Source of the DNA: the human T2T-CHM13v2.0 reference genome, Homo sapiens
Direction: 5' to 3' (one strand)
NCBI RefSeq assembly: GCF_009914755.1
Contig: NC_060930.1
Length of the DNA stretch: 64,000 bases
A model generated the notes under the pieces. That model was not told where the DNA came from and made no database searches. It saw only the letters and a program-made list of their open reading frames with translations. Of this stretch, positions 27,870 through 45,176 are shown piece after piece (position 1 is the first letter of the stretch; every line of letters starts with the position of its first letter). The position numbers and the translations under genes were made by a program.

Positions 27870-28190
27870 ATCTCAGAAATAATGCTGAGTGAAAGATAAC
27901 GTATGGAGGAACACACACGGTATGATTTGACTTATTAAAAATGCAAAACTAAATGATGTACTGTTTATGCATACTAACAGATGAGGTAAAATAATAAAGA
28001 AAAGGGAACAAATAACACAAAATTCTGGCTGGTTTTTTCTCTGAGGGTGGGGCTGGGGAGGGACACCCAGGGTGCCTGAAAGGCACCAAAGCCGGGTAGT
28101 GAGTACATGAACGTGCACGGTGTAGAATCCTTTATAGCTGACATATATCTTATTAGTATTTTTATATCTACTCCGTGGTTAAATAAAACC
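27870..28190 (+). mobile_element. Ancient L1 (L1ME-like) 3' UTR fragment
   Basis: ataatgctgagtgaaag...acacacggtatga...gcaaaactaaa...acaaaattc, then a short G-tract, then ccgggtagtgagtacatg. Confidence 0.65.
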
Positions 28191-29416
28191 AAACCATGTT
28201 GAACACAGAGTCAGTGTGACGAGCGCTATGATTCTGTGACTAGGACAGTGGAGAGTGCTACAGGCACACGGAGGAGGGGCCTCTGACTCTGATGTGAGGG
28301 GTCAGAAGAAAATCCCTAGAAAAAGTGGCGCCAACCTTATCTGAGGACTTTATGAGCAAACTTCACCCTGAGAAAAAGTCACAGGAGAGTGTTCTGGCGA
28401 AAGTCCAGTGATGACACAGATTGCAAGGTTTTCAAGGAACTGATACCAGCTCAGCAAAACAGGCAGAGCAAGTGAGGTGGGGGCGGGCGACGGGGCTGAG
28501 AGGGCCCCCTGAGGCCCTACTATGCGCCTGACCAGCCACAGAAAGCCTTTATTCTAAAAGCAATGAGAGCCTTTGAAGGATTTATGGTATGGAGTAAAGT
28601 GACATGATCAGAGCTGCCTTTTTACAAGATTCTTCTGGCTGTGGCAACATCAGCTTCCTCTGGTACCCTAAAGTCCCTCAGGTTTCTGCTGGGTTGAGAC
28701 CGGTGCCAGCTCCCGGATGTCCGCAGTAATGATGTACACCCCTATTACTTGAGAAGAACAAAAACGGTGCCAGGCCAAAATTGCATGAGGTGCTTCATTA
28801 TCATAGCAGATGCTTATAGACTGCTACAAGCAGGAGAAAACATTTTTGTATAAATTGACTTTTAGTACATTGAATTAAATATTCATGCACCTGTAGGGCT
28901 GCAATTGTAAAGACATCTCACAGTGAATCTTTGCAAAGTGGTTGCTCCTTCTCTAAAGTAAACAATCTCCTATCATACGTCTGCTTTATAAAAATAGGTT
29001 TTAATCTCAGACTCATGTTAAATAAGCATTTCTGTCTAAGAATGTTTCTTAATCCTTTAAAAGTATAGATAAGTAAAAATTACGAATGCTGTAAATACTT
29101 TATAAATACTTCTAAATCATATCAGTGGGAAAATCACTTAAAAAACACATTTTCCTGGTGGCAAGAATAAACATGGAGGTAGATAATGATACAAAGAAAA
29201 TAAATCACGGAACAGAGCTGCCTTTTGGTTTCATCATCACACTACCTAGTTTGAACTTGAACCTTAATTACCAAATAATTACCACATTCTTTTTGCTTGT
29301 TATTTCTATTTTTAAAAATGTCAATAAAAACTTTTATTCATTAATGCTTATGGTAAGTTAAGCCAGAACCTCACAGATAGCCTCCAAAGAACACAGTGAT
29401 TTTAAAAGTCCCCCAA

Positions 29417-30348
<932 letters not shown>

Positions 30349-31844
30349 CTACTGTTGGAGCTAATTGTCTGAGTTCCCTTACAAGTCTGGGCTCCTTGGG
30401 GAAGTCCTCTGAAGTCACAGCCCATGCTCAGTGCCAGCCACTCCTGACCAGGGCTGCCCACAAACACATGTGCCTGCAACTGGCCCATATGAAAAACAAA
30501 AACTCCCTGTCCTCAAAACAAACAACATTCCTCAGAGAGCACTCTGTTACCAGGACAGAGAGACGTATTAGAGCTAGAATACTGCAAAGGGAAATGTGGT
30601 CATCTCATTTTTTTTCACAGTTCTTTTCCAAAAAGAACATCCACAGAATAGCCTATTAGGCTGCCAAGATACTGCAACAAACACCCAAGCCCCGCATTTG
30701 AGCAGGACGCTGCCAGATGTGACACATCTCACTCTAAATGATGCGGCTCTCAAATTCCCCATTCATGCCCATTCCTGTGGTCACTGATGAGGGGACTTCA
30801 ATCGGCTTGAAGAACTCACACCTTTCCACACCCCTCCCGGGTGTCTCATTACCTGACGAGGTGGATTTATTAATGATCTGGGTTGACATTAGCTGGGAGC
30901 ATCACAGGGAAGCCAGTGTGCCCTGACAGTGCACGGTTAGGGGTTTAGAAACCCAAGGCAGGGGAGGTAGGAAGGGGAGGCAGAAAAGGCTGCTCAGGGT
31001 GGCGGTGGCCCAAGCTGGAGGGCAGACAAGCCTCAGGCTGGAGAGCGAAGGAGAAGGGAGAGCACGCTTGCTCTGTGTACGCCACACGCACAACCAGCCC
31101 TGGGGTCCCTGGATGTGGCACCAGGAGTTGGTGCTTCTCTTTCCTCCTCAAGAAGTTGGCTTCTCTGGAAAGTGGGGGAGGGTCTGAATAAAGCAGCCAA
31201 CAGGAGGCTCCGGGTTCTGAGGCAGCCTTGTTCTTCCAGACACAGAGGAGGCTGGCACTGCCAGGCTTGGAGGCTGCTTGCTCCTCAGTAGCCGTGCCAA
31301 GCGTGGCTGGGGACAGCCCGAGAGCTCAGAACGGCCTTCCAGGGCCAACCCTCTTGCTCTACAGATGAAAAGAGTGAATCCAGGACTGCCGGGGACCTGC
31401 CCCAGGGTCACCCAGCGTGGGAGGGGTGGAGGCGGCAGTGGGACTGGGTCTCCCACCCAGGGCACCACTGGAAGGACATCTGGAAAGTCTGCATACTCTG
31501 ATGCTGACACACGGACCTGGCAGCAACATGGGGAACAAGGACTTGCTTCCACAGGGCCGGCACCCCAGGGCGGGGCAGGCACCCCAGGGTGCAGCAGGCC
31601 TTTCTCTGGTTCGTCACTCAGACCACCACTCCAGCCTTTGAAATCAACAACAACCACACACAACTCTTCTCTTCCAACCTCACCCAGATTTTCACCTTTG
31701 TTTCTCAGAAAAACCCTACTAACCTTTAAAAAATACACACGTTTAGAAGAGACAGCTTTTTGAGGAGTGAGGAGGTAAACAGCAGTGTACCTAGCCACAT
31801 GGATTATCTGCCCTTCATAGCTGTGAGTCCCTTTGCTGAAGAAA

Positions 31845-32405
31845 TAAAGTGACTCACTCCTAACAAACTAAGTGGAGAAAGGGAAAACTAGTAACTGCAG
31901 AGGAGAAGCCTGGCAGACCCCATCTCAACTGAGGAAGGTTAGCGTGACCAGTGACAGCTCACGCTGACGTCAGAGCTCCTGCCTCGATACGACGCCATGA
32001 GCAGGGTGGTGCTCTTCCCCCTAGTCTGATCAAGAGAAAGTATCAGACAGACCCACATCGAGGGGCATTCTGCAAAATACCAACCCGTTACACCACTGTC
32101 CTCATCACAGTGTTAAGGTCACAAAAGACAAACCCAAGGAACTGTCACAGATCAGAGGCGACTGTGGAGACACAGCTACATTTAATAGAGTGTTCTGGAA
32201 CAGAAAAAGGACAGTAGAGAAAACACTGGTGAGATTCAAGGAAAGTCCGTCGTTTAGTTAGTCCCACGACAACGTCCGTTTCTCAGCTCTGGGGACCGTA
32301 GCGTGGTTATGTGAGTTCACGTTAGCGGAAGGCGGGTGAGTGAAGGGCTTACAGAAAATCTCTGTACTGCCTTTGCCATTCCTCTGTAAGTCTAAAATTA
32401 TTTTA
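31845..32405 (+). mobile_element. L1MC-type (L1MC4-like) 3' UTR relic, CpG-rich
   Basis: ggagaagcctggcaga...atcagacagaccca...gaggggcattctgcaaaatacc...ctggaacagaaaaaggaca...ctctgtactg...ctgtaagtctaaaatta. Confidence 0.7.
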
Positions 32406-32976
32406 ACTGTACTGCTTTTGCCACTCCTGTACTTTAAAATGTTTTTAAAATATGGTGAACAAGTAAGTATATGTATATTTCATTCAAAGAGTTAACGAAA
32501 CCCAAGAGTCGTGGGCTTCTCTGATAAAGTTCTCTGAGGGTGAGTGGCAGGAAAGGAGAAGGCAGGCCGCAGCGAGGATGTCCTGGCAGCCCACGACAGT
32601 CTGTGCCACGGCATCTCCTTTCGGTGGAATTCGTGCTGTTCCTGCTGCCTGAAAGAGAAGCCCAACAAGTCCCCTCTGGCAAGTGCAATTTTTCCCACCA
32701 GTTATCCTAAAATCAAATTAAAACCGGATGCAGGCTACAACCAAGCACTCAAATCACTGGTGCAGCCCTTGACTTTGTAAAATCAAAATGGCTCACTGGC
32801 CTAGATGTAGGGAGAGGGCAAGCCCGCCACAGAAACACAGAAGGGGGTTCATTCAACAAAGAACGAAGGAGACTCATCCAACAAATGTATCCAGTGCTTT
32901 GGAACGTGAGACTCAATAGGTCAGGTGAAAGTGCTGGTGTCACAGAGCTCACATACTTCCTCATGGGGGAGGGCAG

Positions 32977-33028
32977 AAATGCAATAAAATGCAATAAAAT
33001 GCAATAAACAGAAACAAAATGCAATAAA
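32977..33028. repeat. 10-bp tandem repeat (AAATGCAATA)x3 plus one detached copy
   Basis: Directly visible. Confidence 0.85.
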
Positions 33029-33059
33029 CAAAAACATCAGAGTGGAAAGTGTATGCAGA

Positions 33060-34125
<1,066 letters not shown>

Positions 34126-36201
34126 AAATTGAAGTCTATGCAGACAATTAGAGTAGGAGACTGTGACCAGAGAAACAAGCTGGTGAGCGCTGAGGAGGCA
34201 GTCAGGGAAGGCCTCTCTCAGCAGGGAGGTGGGGCGAGGAACAGAGACAATGTCTCCACAGAGTGCTTGGCATCCTTTCTGTCTACTGCTCTCTTACTGC
34301 CCGGCCTCACCACCATTTCAGGCTCACTACAGTCACCCCTCCTCCCACTCCATGAAGCCCTAAACTCCTCAGGGTGGTGGAATCACTCATGGAGATGGCC
34401 TAGAGCCTGTGCAGGAGAAAGTACAGGGATGAAGTTATCCTTCCTGACTTACCGAAGGATCAGAATCACCCCTGCAAAGCAGGCATAAGGGGAAAGGGAG
34501 CTGGTACGTGCATTTCAGGCTGCTGCCAGCTGCTTGGAATCCACTGCACAGCACCACACCCGTTAGTGGAGAACGGCCTTGCTGGAACCGGTTTCAAAGA
34601 TTCGCTCTCATTGTTGCCTTTTGGCTAACTTCGCAAAGCTGATGTACCCATCCTCCAAAAATAAGACTCAGCCAGTCAAAGGATGGGCTAAAATACAAAA
34701 GTGACATCATCACTTCGCATTTCAAAAAAAGGCCTGGTTTGGGATGAAATGAACAGAGTTCTCCTGGCACGGCATCACTGGGCCAGTTGCCACCATCCGT
34801 CCGTGGGCTCATCCGGAACAGCAACCAGCGGTGAGCCACAGTCAGGAAAAGGAATGAGGCTCTCTCCATAACCTCCAGGCCTATGTTAAACTTCACATCC
34901 AATGACACCGAGGAGGAAAGGTACCGAAGAAAGAAAGCAGAACTGCCTGGAAATTGAAACACTCAGCCATCTCAGGTAATTGGCCTCAATCACAGAATAC
35001 TACTCAATTAGATTTTAAAAGATGCCCCTCTGTCAGAATGCAGAGAGATCTAAGTAGATCCTGCATCCCTCTTCTCTGCCCCACTCTCCCTCTCTCCTCC
35101 CTCCCCAAAGTCCAATTAAGTCCAAGTGCCAACCTAACATGAGAAGGCTAAGAATTCTGTTCACATCTACCATGACCTTAGTCCACAGGATCTCTCATGA
35201 GAAGAAAGCCACACAGTTGGAGTGAACTCTAGTGCTCCCCGGGGCCTAGAGTTCTGAGGTACACTTCGGGTTCACTTGCAGGTTTAAATGTTACCTAAGA
35301 ATAACCTAATGCAGAGATGTACACACTGGGGCCACTATGGTTCTATTTCACTATGGATCAGTTCAATGCACCAAAAGCTGGCTGCCACTCAGCATCTCTG
35401 AGCCTGGTATGTATCAGTGGACCCCAAGTGGGGCTATGGAGTGTACTAAACATCATCACTGAACATTTATATTCTAAACATCAGTCTCAGGCCCTACAGG
35501 CTTCAATAATATGCTGCCTATCTGCCAAACCACTGGCTTCCAATGCGGAAGCTGGAGTTCTGCCCAGAAGCCGCACCCAGAGATCTGAGGGAACCATGAC
35601 ACTTACTGTTGATGTTGGCGCCTCTTTTTCCGTGAATTTGGTCAACTGCCTGAATGGAATGAAGAGAATCATACCCTGACTCATTAGAGTGATGAAAAAT
35701 TTCTCAAACTTACCAAAAATGCCCCTGACAAGAAGATACAAGATCAGCCCTGTCCCTTCTCTCACGGAGCTACAATGAAAATAACAGCAATGACTCGGGG
35801 GAATCAACCAGTAATGGTAAGGAAAAGGAAGAGAGTGACTCTAGGTTATCATTCATTATTCACCATTCCCCTTTTGGGCTCATGGAAATGTGATTTGCAC
35901 ACAAATGTCCTCACCAGCTCATGGAGACTTTATTCTTGCTGATATCAATTCATTAATCAATACCTGTAGGATGTGGGTTGAGCAACAGGTTTTGAATCCC
36001 ACCAACTGTTCGGGCATCCACGCCAAATCCATCTGGGTCATGAGGCTTTGTGAGAAATCTCAGCAAATTCCCTCTACTATTCAAAAACACTTGTGATATA
36101 TCTCTAATATGTGGGAATTGGACTAAAAAGTCTAGCCCTTCCAGCTTTAACAATTTAGAATCACATATGTATATCTATTCTGCAATACTGCGGCACAGAT
36201 C

Positions 36202-36260
36202 TTCATCGTGTTCCATGAATTCATTCATTCATCATGTTCCATGAATTCATTCATTCATCA
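36202..36260. repeat. 26-bp tandem duplication at an L2 (TTCA)n tail
   Basis: tgttccatgaattcattcattcatca occurs twice in tandem. Confidence 0.88.
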
Positions 36261-37990
36261 AACTAGTATTTAGATACCCATTCTGTGCCAGGTGCAAATC
36301 CAAGCACTGGAAATGGAGTGGAGAGCAAGAACAATAAGGACCCTGCTTTCAAGGTGTTTCCTCTAGAGTGGATGAGTGGTATGCGGAGATACAAATACAC
36401 AAATAAATGAAGGTATTTTAAGGTAGGGCAGATGCTTTAAAAAAGGCTGGGTGAGTCTGAAGAAATTGTTTGGGTACTGATTAGACTAGCTAGCCTGAGA
36501 AAGTTCCACAGGCATCAACTGAAAAGCGATCATAGTGACAAGACCGGACCAGGCCTGCAGAGGTCTGGAGGGGAGCATTTCAGGCAGAGGGAAAGGTGAG
36601 TACAAAGGAACTAAGGAGCAAGCAGGAGCTGAAAGATCCATCTGGCTGGACACAGTGCAAGATCAAAGGGCCAAACCATGCAAGATAGCATGGACTGCAG
36701 TAGCATTTGGAATGCACGATGGAAGCTGTTAGAGCGTGTGGCAAAGACCACCAGTCATCCTCCAAGACCATGCTCCCCTTCTTCCTACAGGCTCATAGCT
36801 GTACAAAACAAGACCAAGTTCTCCAGCCACCCTTGCAATTGGGTGTGGATAGGTTGCTGAGATCTGGCCAATGGGATGTGAAAAGTGGTACCCATGACTT
36901 CTGAGCAGTGACCTGAAGGGGAAGGAGTGTTCCTTCTTCCTCTTTTCCACTGCTCTGCTGGCTGGATTAGGACAGCAGAAGGGGCCTGGGCTCCCAGTGT
37001 CATGGGACTGCCACAGCAGCCCAGGACTGACTATATTGATGATAGAAATAAACTCCACTTTGTTTAAATCCCTGTTGTTCTGGTTTTAAGTGCTTTCAGA
37101 AATGAAGCTATTGCTAACTATATAGACAGATCGATGCAGGAGAGTAGAAGCTCTGATTCAGGCTGTATGAATATCACCCTAGTTGTAAGTGAAGAATGAG
37201 CTGTAGAGGTCTGAACAGGAAGCAAGAAGATCAGTTAGAAAGCCATTGTGCTTAGTTTTCCAGGCATGAAATGAAAAGGCTTTGCCTCAGGGGGTGGCAG
37301 TGGAGACAGAGAAATTGAGGGACTCAGAATGTAATTTGGAGGAAGAACTGAGAGGATTTGCTGATCAAGGGAGAGAGAGAGAAGAAAGGGTGACTCTTAC
37401 CCATTTTTGGCTTGAGCAACTGCATGGATAATGGTTCTAGGGAGGGATGGCTCTGAGGATGTGGGAGGAAGGAGGGTTCTGTTTTGGCCACACAATCTGA
37501 AATGCCTACTGGACATCCAAGTGGAACATCCACAAGGCAGTAGGGTATACGATTTTGGAACTCAGCAGGGAGGTCAGAGTTGGTGATATACACCTGGGAG
37601 TCTCTGGCCTATGGAGAGGTGAATTAGTGCCATGTTTCTAGCAGAGCAGACACACAGAGAGTGTAGATGGAGAAATGTCAGGAGCCCCAGATCCAACCTT
37701 TGGAGGGAGGGCAAAGGAAGGGAAAAGCCAAGTGGGTGAGGTATCATGAAAGCAAAGAAGAGGGTGTGGTCAAGCTGGGTCAGACACTGCTGAGAAGTTC
37801 AGATAAGCAAAAGAGAAAATGACCAAGCCTGTGGCAGCCTGGAGGCTGTGGGTTATCTTATCAAGGGAATTCCACCTGAGCAGCGGGGGTGACGAAAGCC
37901 TCAGTGGACTGAGGCAAGGACGGAAAGCAAGGCCCCAGAGACAATGCTTGGGGCTCATGTTTGGAGAAGTTTTGCTGTGAAAGGGAGAAA
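36245..37990 (-). mobile_element. Fragmented L2 (interrupted by an MLT1-type LTR)
   Basis: cattcattcatcaaa...tgtgccagg tail; later tttggcttgagcaactg, tgaaatgcct...ggacatccaagtgga, agaagttttgctgtgaaaggga. Confidence 0.7.
36737..37123 (+). mobile_element. MaLR LTR (MLT1J-like)
   Basis: ccagccacccttgca...ctggccaatgggatgtga...gaaataaact...ttgtttaa...ctaacta. Confidence 0.7.
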
Positions 37991-38024
37991 TGATGCTACT
38001 GTCTCTAATTCTACTTGCTGCCTG

Positions 38025-38228
38025 AACTGGGCCCATCCAATATAATAGCCACGAGCCATACGTGGTTACTTATGTGAATTAAAATGGTTTTAAATGACAA
38101 ATTCAGTCCCTTAGTTACTCCTGCACATCTCAAGCACTCAATAGCACACGTGCCTAGTGCTGGACTATTGGGCAGTGCAGGTAGAGAACATTTGCCTTGA
38201 TGCTGCAGGTTCTCTTGGGCAGCTCTGA
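38025..38228. mobile_element. MER3-like hAT-Charlie element
   Basis: tccaatataatagccacgagccatacgtgg...tcaagcactcaatagcacacgtg...tagagaacattt...gttctcttgggcagctctg. Confidence 0.7.
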
Positions 38229-39461
38229 CCTAAACCCTCCTCTAAGTTCCTCTTTGAAACTGTTGATTATGCTTGGTTTGCCTCATAGGATGATGTGAGC
38301 GGGAAAATGGCAGCAGAAATACATGTTTCCCACTTGATTTTCCTTTTATAACTTAGACATGTGACAACCATTGCTCCACGCCTTTGTCCAAATTCTTTGG
38401 GTTCATGTTTACAAACTGTTTATAATAACTTTCAACGTTTGAAGAGGGCAGCGGTCTGCATAGCTTCTCAGCGGGTAATTATTCTCAGGTTTTCAATCGT
38501 TCCTTCATTCGGAGTTACCTCTTCATCCCTCTGAAAAGAGGATAGGAACGAGGCAACGGCCTCTCAGGCCCTGGAGATGGTGTGGCTTCTCCCTGTGCCC
38601 TTCCCTCCTCTCCCTGCACTCCACACAGGCATCACAAATGGAAAAGCCAACTGTGCAAACATTCGCTTCTACCGTCACAAGGTGAAAAGGAAAAATGCCA
38701 AAAAGGAGAGCTTGGAAACACAGCAGAAGAGCAATGACCCCCTGCAGAGAACATGAAATAAGATCCGGCAGTGACCCCACTAAAGACACGGAAAATAAGG
38801 TCCAACCCAGAACTGGTCAGAGAACACCACTGTGCTTTAGAGTAACAATTACAAAGGAAAAGAGGGATCGGGCACTGTAATATCCCGGGACTGCAGCTTG
38901 TACTCTCTGGGTGGTGCATTCTGTAATTCAATTAAATCCTTGCAAAGAACAAGATCCGTGTATCACAGAGTCATCAGATACTCCCCCAGCAACTCCAGGC
39001 ACACATGAAAGTTCTCACAATAATTCCTGTATGTGGTTGGTGGGCTCTAGACTCACGGGACTCAAGAAGCCCAGGTGAAACACAAGAAAACTGAATGATG
39101 ATTCCAAAGACCATCTTTTCAGTGGCAAAACTGTCAAGAACAGGAATGATTGTGGTAAATTTCATTTATGGGAAATATAGATTTGAGTGATTAGTTCTCC
39201 ATTTAACTTTTTCCAGGGATGCCTACTGCATCAAAGAGGAAATTATCAGGTTGAATTTGTGAAACTGCACAAACTATGGTTGCTTCATGGCAGCCCCTGG
39301 AATCAGAAGGGTGTGACCCCCAGAGTGATCCCCCCCAAACACAAAGCAAAGCACATCACTTTGTCCCTCAAAAAGCTGGCAGTGGCTCTCCAGGGCCCAC
39401 AGGGTAAAGACCAGACCCCTTAAGTCTCCACGTCGCTCTGAGGCCTGCCCCGCTCTGGTCT

Positions 39462-39547
39462 ACCTTTGCACAGCCCCCACATGATAGTCCCATGTCCTCT
39501 GTGGAGAGTCACATCCTGTCTGGCCAGGCTCCCTGGTGACAGGGGCT
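39462..39547 (+). repeat. Copy A of an 86-bp local duplication
   Basis: Matches 42016-42101 with 11 substitutions and no gaps (hand count). Confidence 0.92.
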
Positions 39548-40821
39548 AAGACTCGGGGAAGGGACTTCATCCTCAGATGCTGGAGAAAGCAGCCAGAGAG
39601 TCACAGAGGCAGCCCAACCATGGAGTCACAGGCAGGGGGCAGGTCTAAACCACACCATCAACCCAGTGATGAAAAGCAGGCACCAAGGCGGGCAGGTATG
39701 AGGCAGGGAGGACGGGTCACCAAGGTGGGGCTGGGCTCCAGGATGCTGGCTCCGGAAGTGGGCAGGAATATTGTAGCCATCTCTGGGTGTGTTCTTGGCA
39801 GTCTACAGAAGTTTTAAAATCGTATGCTCTCATGTCAGTGAAAATCTTAGTCTTATATTAATACAAGGGTATTCTCAATCATCTGGATGGGATGCCTGTA
39901 GCCCAGTGTGAACCTATAATAAGATTTTGGAGCCCACATTTTCATCTGGATTTATACTCACCAAAGGCCACATGTCACCATGACTGGCTGCACAAATGCA
40001 GGTCTAACAGGTATGAATAAAGTAGTAGGAGAATCAAGATCTCACATGCGTACGGCAAACCCTACTGAGCCTGAGCGTCAGGCAGGGGACCACAAGGACT
40101 GTGCCCATCCATCTTGTAAAGATCAGCTTCATTAGCAAGAAGAGTAATAGGAAAACAGGCAATAACGAATGCTTCCAATCTCAATGACAGCCATAAATGG
40201 ACTAACTGCATATTTAATTATTACTTTAAAGTAATGCCACAAATCTAACTTTATCTTCAGGAGACAGATAGAGTAGCGCAGCCATCAGGCACCCCATTAT
40301 AGCGAATGACTGAGGCTTGCTCATGGAGCAGGCCAGGGGTGAAATACATAAAGCTTGAGTATTCCATGTCAGCCAAGCCTTAAAATCACTGCCATCTCAG
40401 ATGGCAAAATTACGCAAAAAGGCAACATGTATACTGGCATTACTCAAGTCAAAATGCCAAAATAGATTAAATATTAATCTGAATCTGAAGCTACATCTTT
40501 CTCCTATTCAACCCAACATGAGTCAGTGGGTAATTCTGTTTCAGGAAAAGACTATTGTCCATCACATGGAACTCCTGGATTGAAATTATATTATACAGGT
40601 TTTGAAACTGTTGTTAATATTTTGGTTTTATAGTTATTTGGAAGTTACGAGAACTCATGCAAATTCCTTACAAGATGATTGTACACATTTAAATAATACT
40701 ATACTAACATATTTCAAGTCAAAAAAAGATGGGGCTGTTGGGAACAACACAGCAGTATAAACAGGGCACTAGAGCCAGGCGGACTTGGGACCGGGGAAGT
40801 TCTGTTTGCTCCATCTCTTAG

Positions 40822-41901
<1,080 letters not shown>

Positions 41902-42015
41902 TTAGGCAAGTTACCTTCCCTAGGCCTCAGATTTCTGTTTATGAAATGAGTGCTCATATCACAGAATTACTGGGTGGATTAAATAGTTCCATAGCACTCA
42001 GCAGTGAAAAAGTTC

Positions 42016-42101
42016 ACCTTTGCACAGTCCCCACATGACAATTCCGTGTCACCTATGGAGAGTCACATCCTGGCTGGCCAGGCTCCCTGGCGAGAGGGGC
42101 T
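42016..42101 (+). repeat. Copy B of the 86-bp local duplication, within a MIR 3' end
   Basis: About 87% identical to 39462-39547, bracketed by gcagtg at 42001-42006 and 42112-42117. Confidence 0.92.
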
Positions 42102-43444
42102 CAGGGAAGACGCAGTGTACAAGCTCAGTAAGTGTTATCTCTGGCTTAAAGGCATCTCTAGCAAATTAGACAAGGTCCAGGAATTAGAGGTCTCAGTTTC
42201 CTTAACTGTAAAATGGGGCTATTTGTGGGAGCTACTTTACATGGTTACTATGAAATTTACATATCTTTCTATATATTTGTGTATATGTACATATGTATAA
42301 CTCAGCATAGTTTCTGAACTTAGAAAATGCTGAATAAATAGCTTATTATCATCCATTGTTGTCAAGGCACTATCATGATAGCCTCAATCCCTTTTTACTC
42401 TTTAATATCAAAACAGTGCTCAGCTATACAGCACCATGCTATATACATGCACACATGCTGAGGTGTGCCAAAAGGGAGGTCTCAAGCCAAGATTCACTGT
42501 AGCTACTAGATGTCTAACTCTTACACTCCGGGGCTGTATATGGTTCTTTCTAAAAAGAGGTAAGGGAATGACATAATGAGATATGAGACACAATCACGCT
42601 CCAAGCACTGAGGTCAGCCCAACGGGGAGCAAATGACCAAGAATGGGGGGCCCTGGGGCCTCCCAGCAAACACTTCCCATGTAGTGAGGGTAGTCACATG
42701 ACCCCACCCTAACACAAAGCAGCCAGTACTATTTACCAAAGAGGAGAAATCATATTTTCCCTTGCATTCTTCTCCATCTCAGAGTCCTTGTTCACCCTGG
42801 GAGCCCTGCACACTTAGCAATGCCAGTTCGACATATTAAACTGATGCCAAGGAAGAAATAGTGAAAAACTCTAAGCCCCACAGGAACTTAGCAAAATGTA
42901 TTTACTATTTAAAACTGATATGGATGGGGAAATGAACTAGAAGTAAATAGCCCTTAATTCCTAACCCTACCCCCAACCCTGACAATCTGACTTTGGTTTG
43001 GAGGGAGTTCTGAGCCTTTTCCCAGAACTCACACAAAGCAAATAACAAGCAAGACATGCTTTCAAAAGGCAGAGGTTAGAAAGGATGCAAGCACCTCTCA
43101 GCCAGCAAACAGGAGCAGGCAGAGCCAACTCTGCTTGGATACAAAGCACTATTTTTTTTTTTTTTTTTTTTTACAAGAATCATCAAAAGCCCTGTGGAAG
43201 GAAAAACGAAAAGAAAATAACAGCCCTTAATCAGAGACCCATTTTCTGGTCTCGGTGTTCTGTGCAGGAGATTCAGAGGCCCTCTGAGCTGTCCCACTCT
43301 GTCACCTGGGAACACTGCCCTGAAGTGGAGGCCCTGCAGCTTCGCCCAAGAGCATCTCACCCCAGCTGCAACCCTCCCTGCCTCCTCAGGCTCCTTGACG
43401 TTGGTTTCTAGTGGGGTAGAGGTCTTAGCTTTGAAAACACCCAG

Positions 43445-43760
43445 GACTAGATGTGGTGGCTCATACCTGTAATCCCAGCACTTTGGGAGGCCGAGATGGG
43501 AGAACTGCTTTATCCAGGAGTTCAAGACCAGCCTGAGCAACATCGTGAGACCTCATCTCTACAAAAAATTTAAAAAGTAGCCAGGCACGGTGGTGCATGC
43601 CTGTGGTCTCTGATACTCAGGAGGCTGAGGCGGGAAGATCCTTTGAGGCCAGGAGGTCGAGACTTCGGTCAGCTGTGACCGCACCACTGCACTCCAGCCT
43701 GGGCAACAGAGCAAGACTCTGACTCTTAAAAATAAAATAAAATAATAAAACCGAAAAAAC
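43445..43760 (+). mobile_element. Alu (AluJ-like)
   Basis: Diverged dimer with J-type segments (ccaggagttcaagaccagcctgagcaacat, ccaggaggtcgag). TSD gaaaacac(c/t)cag. Confidence 0.93.
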
Positions 43761-44492
43761 GAAAAACACTCAGAAGGCCCGAGTCTGACTTCACCATTTA
43801 GAGAATCACCAGCAAGGCCCTGCTTCCAGAGTCTGGGCCAGTGGGAGGTGGGTTCCTACAGGCCTGGCGGCTGGACTTGGGAAGTTGTTCACCATGCAGA
43901 GGAAACGCCTCTTCAGAGGGGACCACGAACTCACATCATAAAATGTGCAAAACAAGGCACTGCCCATCATTTCACCCCAAATATTTTCTAAGTCTTACAT
44001 GGATTTTGGGCCAGCAATCGGAATGTGGTTCCTGAACTGTTTTTCCCCCAGAAGAGCCATTTGAAAATACAATAAAAAATGAACCATGTGTTATTCAAAG
44101 TCATGCCCTTCCTCAAGCAGCCATTCATGTCCATCCTGAAAACACACATTCTCACACAGCCACATCGCAAACAGGAACTGCCATCCGCCCCTCCAGAAGG
44201 AAGGCAGTGAAACTTTATGGCAGAACATGGCAAACAACAGGGCCAAGCCTATAGCTGTGTTACGGATAATGAGCAACGTCCTGAGTTAATATTTAACAAT
44301 ATGAACAAAATGTTTACAGGCGTTTTTAGGGATTAATACAAGGAAGGGAAAGGGAGAGGTTGCATACAGATAAGATAAATCTTGAAAATGAGTACCACTA
44401 TTCTATTTCTTCAGTGGGTTTTCTTACCAATTAATGAAGCATTCTGTGAGTGATGGATACTCAGGGAGTCGATAGAAGAGCCCTAGGAATGA

Positions 44493-44885
<393 letters not shown>

Positions 44886-45107
44886 TAAAATGAATTTTAA
44901 AAGCTCTGAATGGATGCTATAAGAGAGGTAATTTATTAAGCTGACCACTGGAAAAACAATTATGAAGCAGATTCTTGCCCCCACCCACCAGTTATTCTGC
45001 TATTCTAAGCTACCAGACAGCCACAGTCCAAAGTTCCCAAGCTTGCTGCGAGCCCAGAGATTCCCTCACAGGAGTGGGCCTCGTGGAAGAGGAAAGGGCC
45101 GATTATT

Positions 45108-45176
45108 TCAGGGCAGTAATGGTGCTTGCAGTAGGATGGTATCTCAGGGCAGCTCTGGTGCTTGCAGTAGGATGGT
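45108..45176. repeat. 36-bp-period tandem duplication tcagggcagNNNtggtgcttgcagtaggatggt
   Basis: Two copies directly visible. Confidence 0.85.

Noticed and set aside
31148-31798. 216-aa and 161-aa overlapping ORFs
   Set aside because: GC-rich intronic sequence with no recognisable domain or exon boundaries.
32977-33028. Clustered AATAAA hexamers as a polyadenylation site
   Set aside because: They are on the strand opposite to the gene and arise from a 10-bp tandem repeat.
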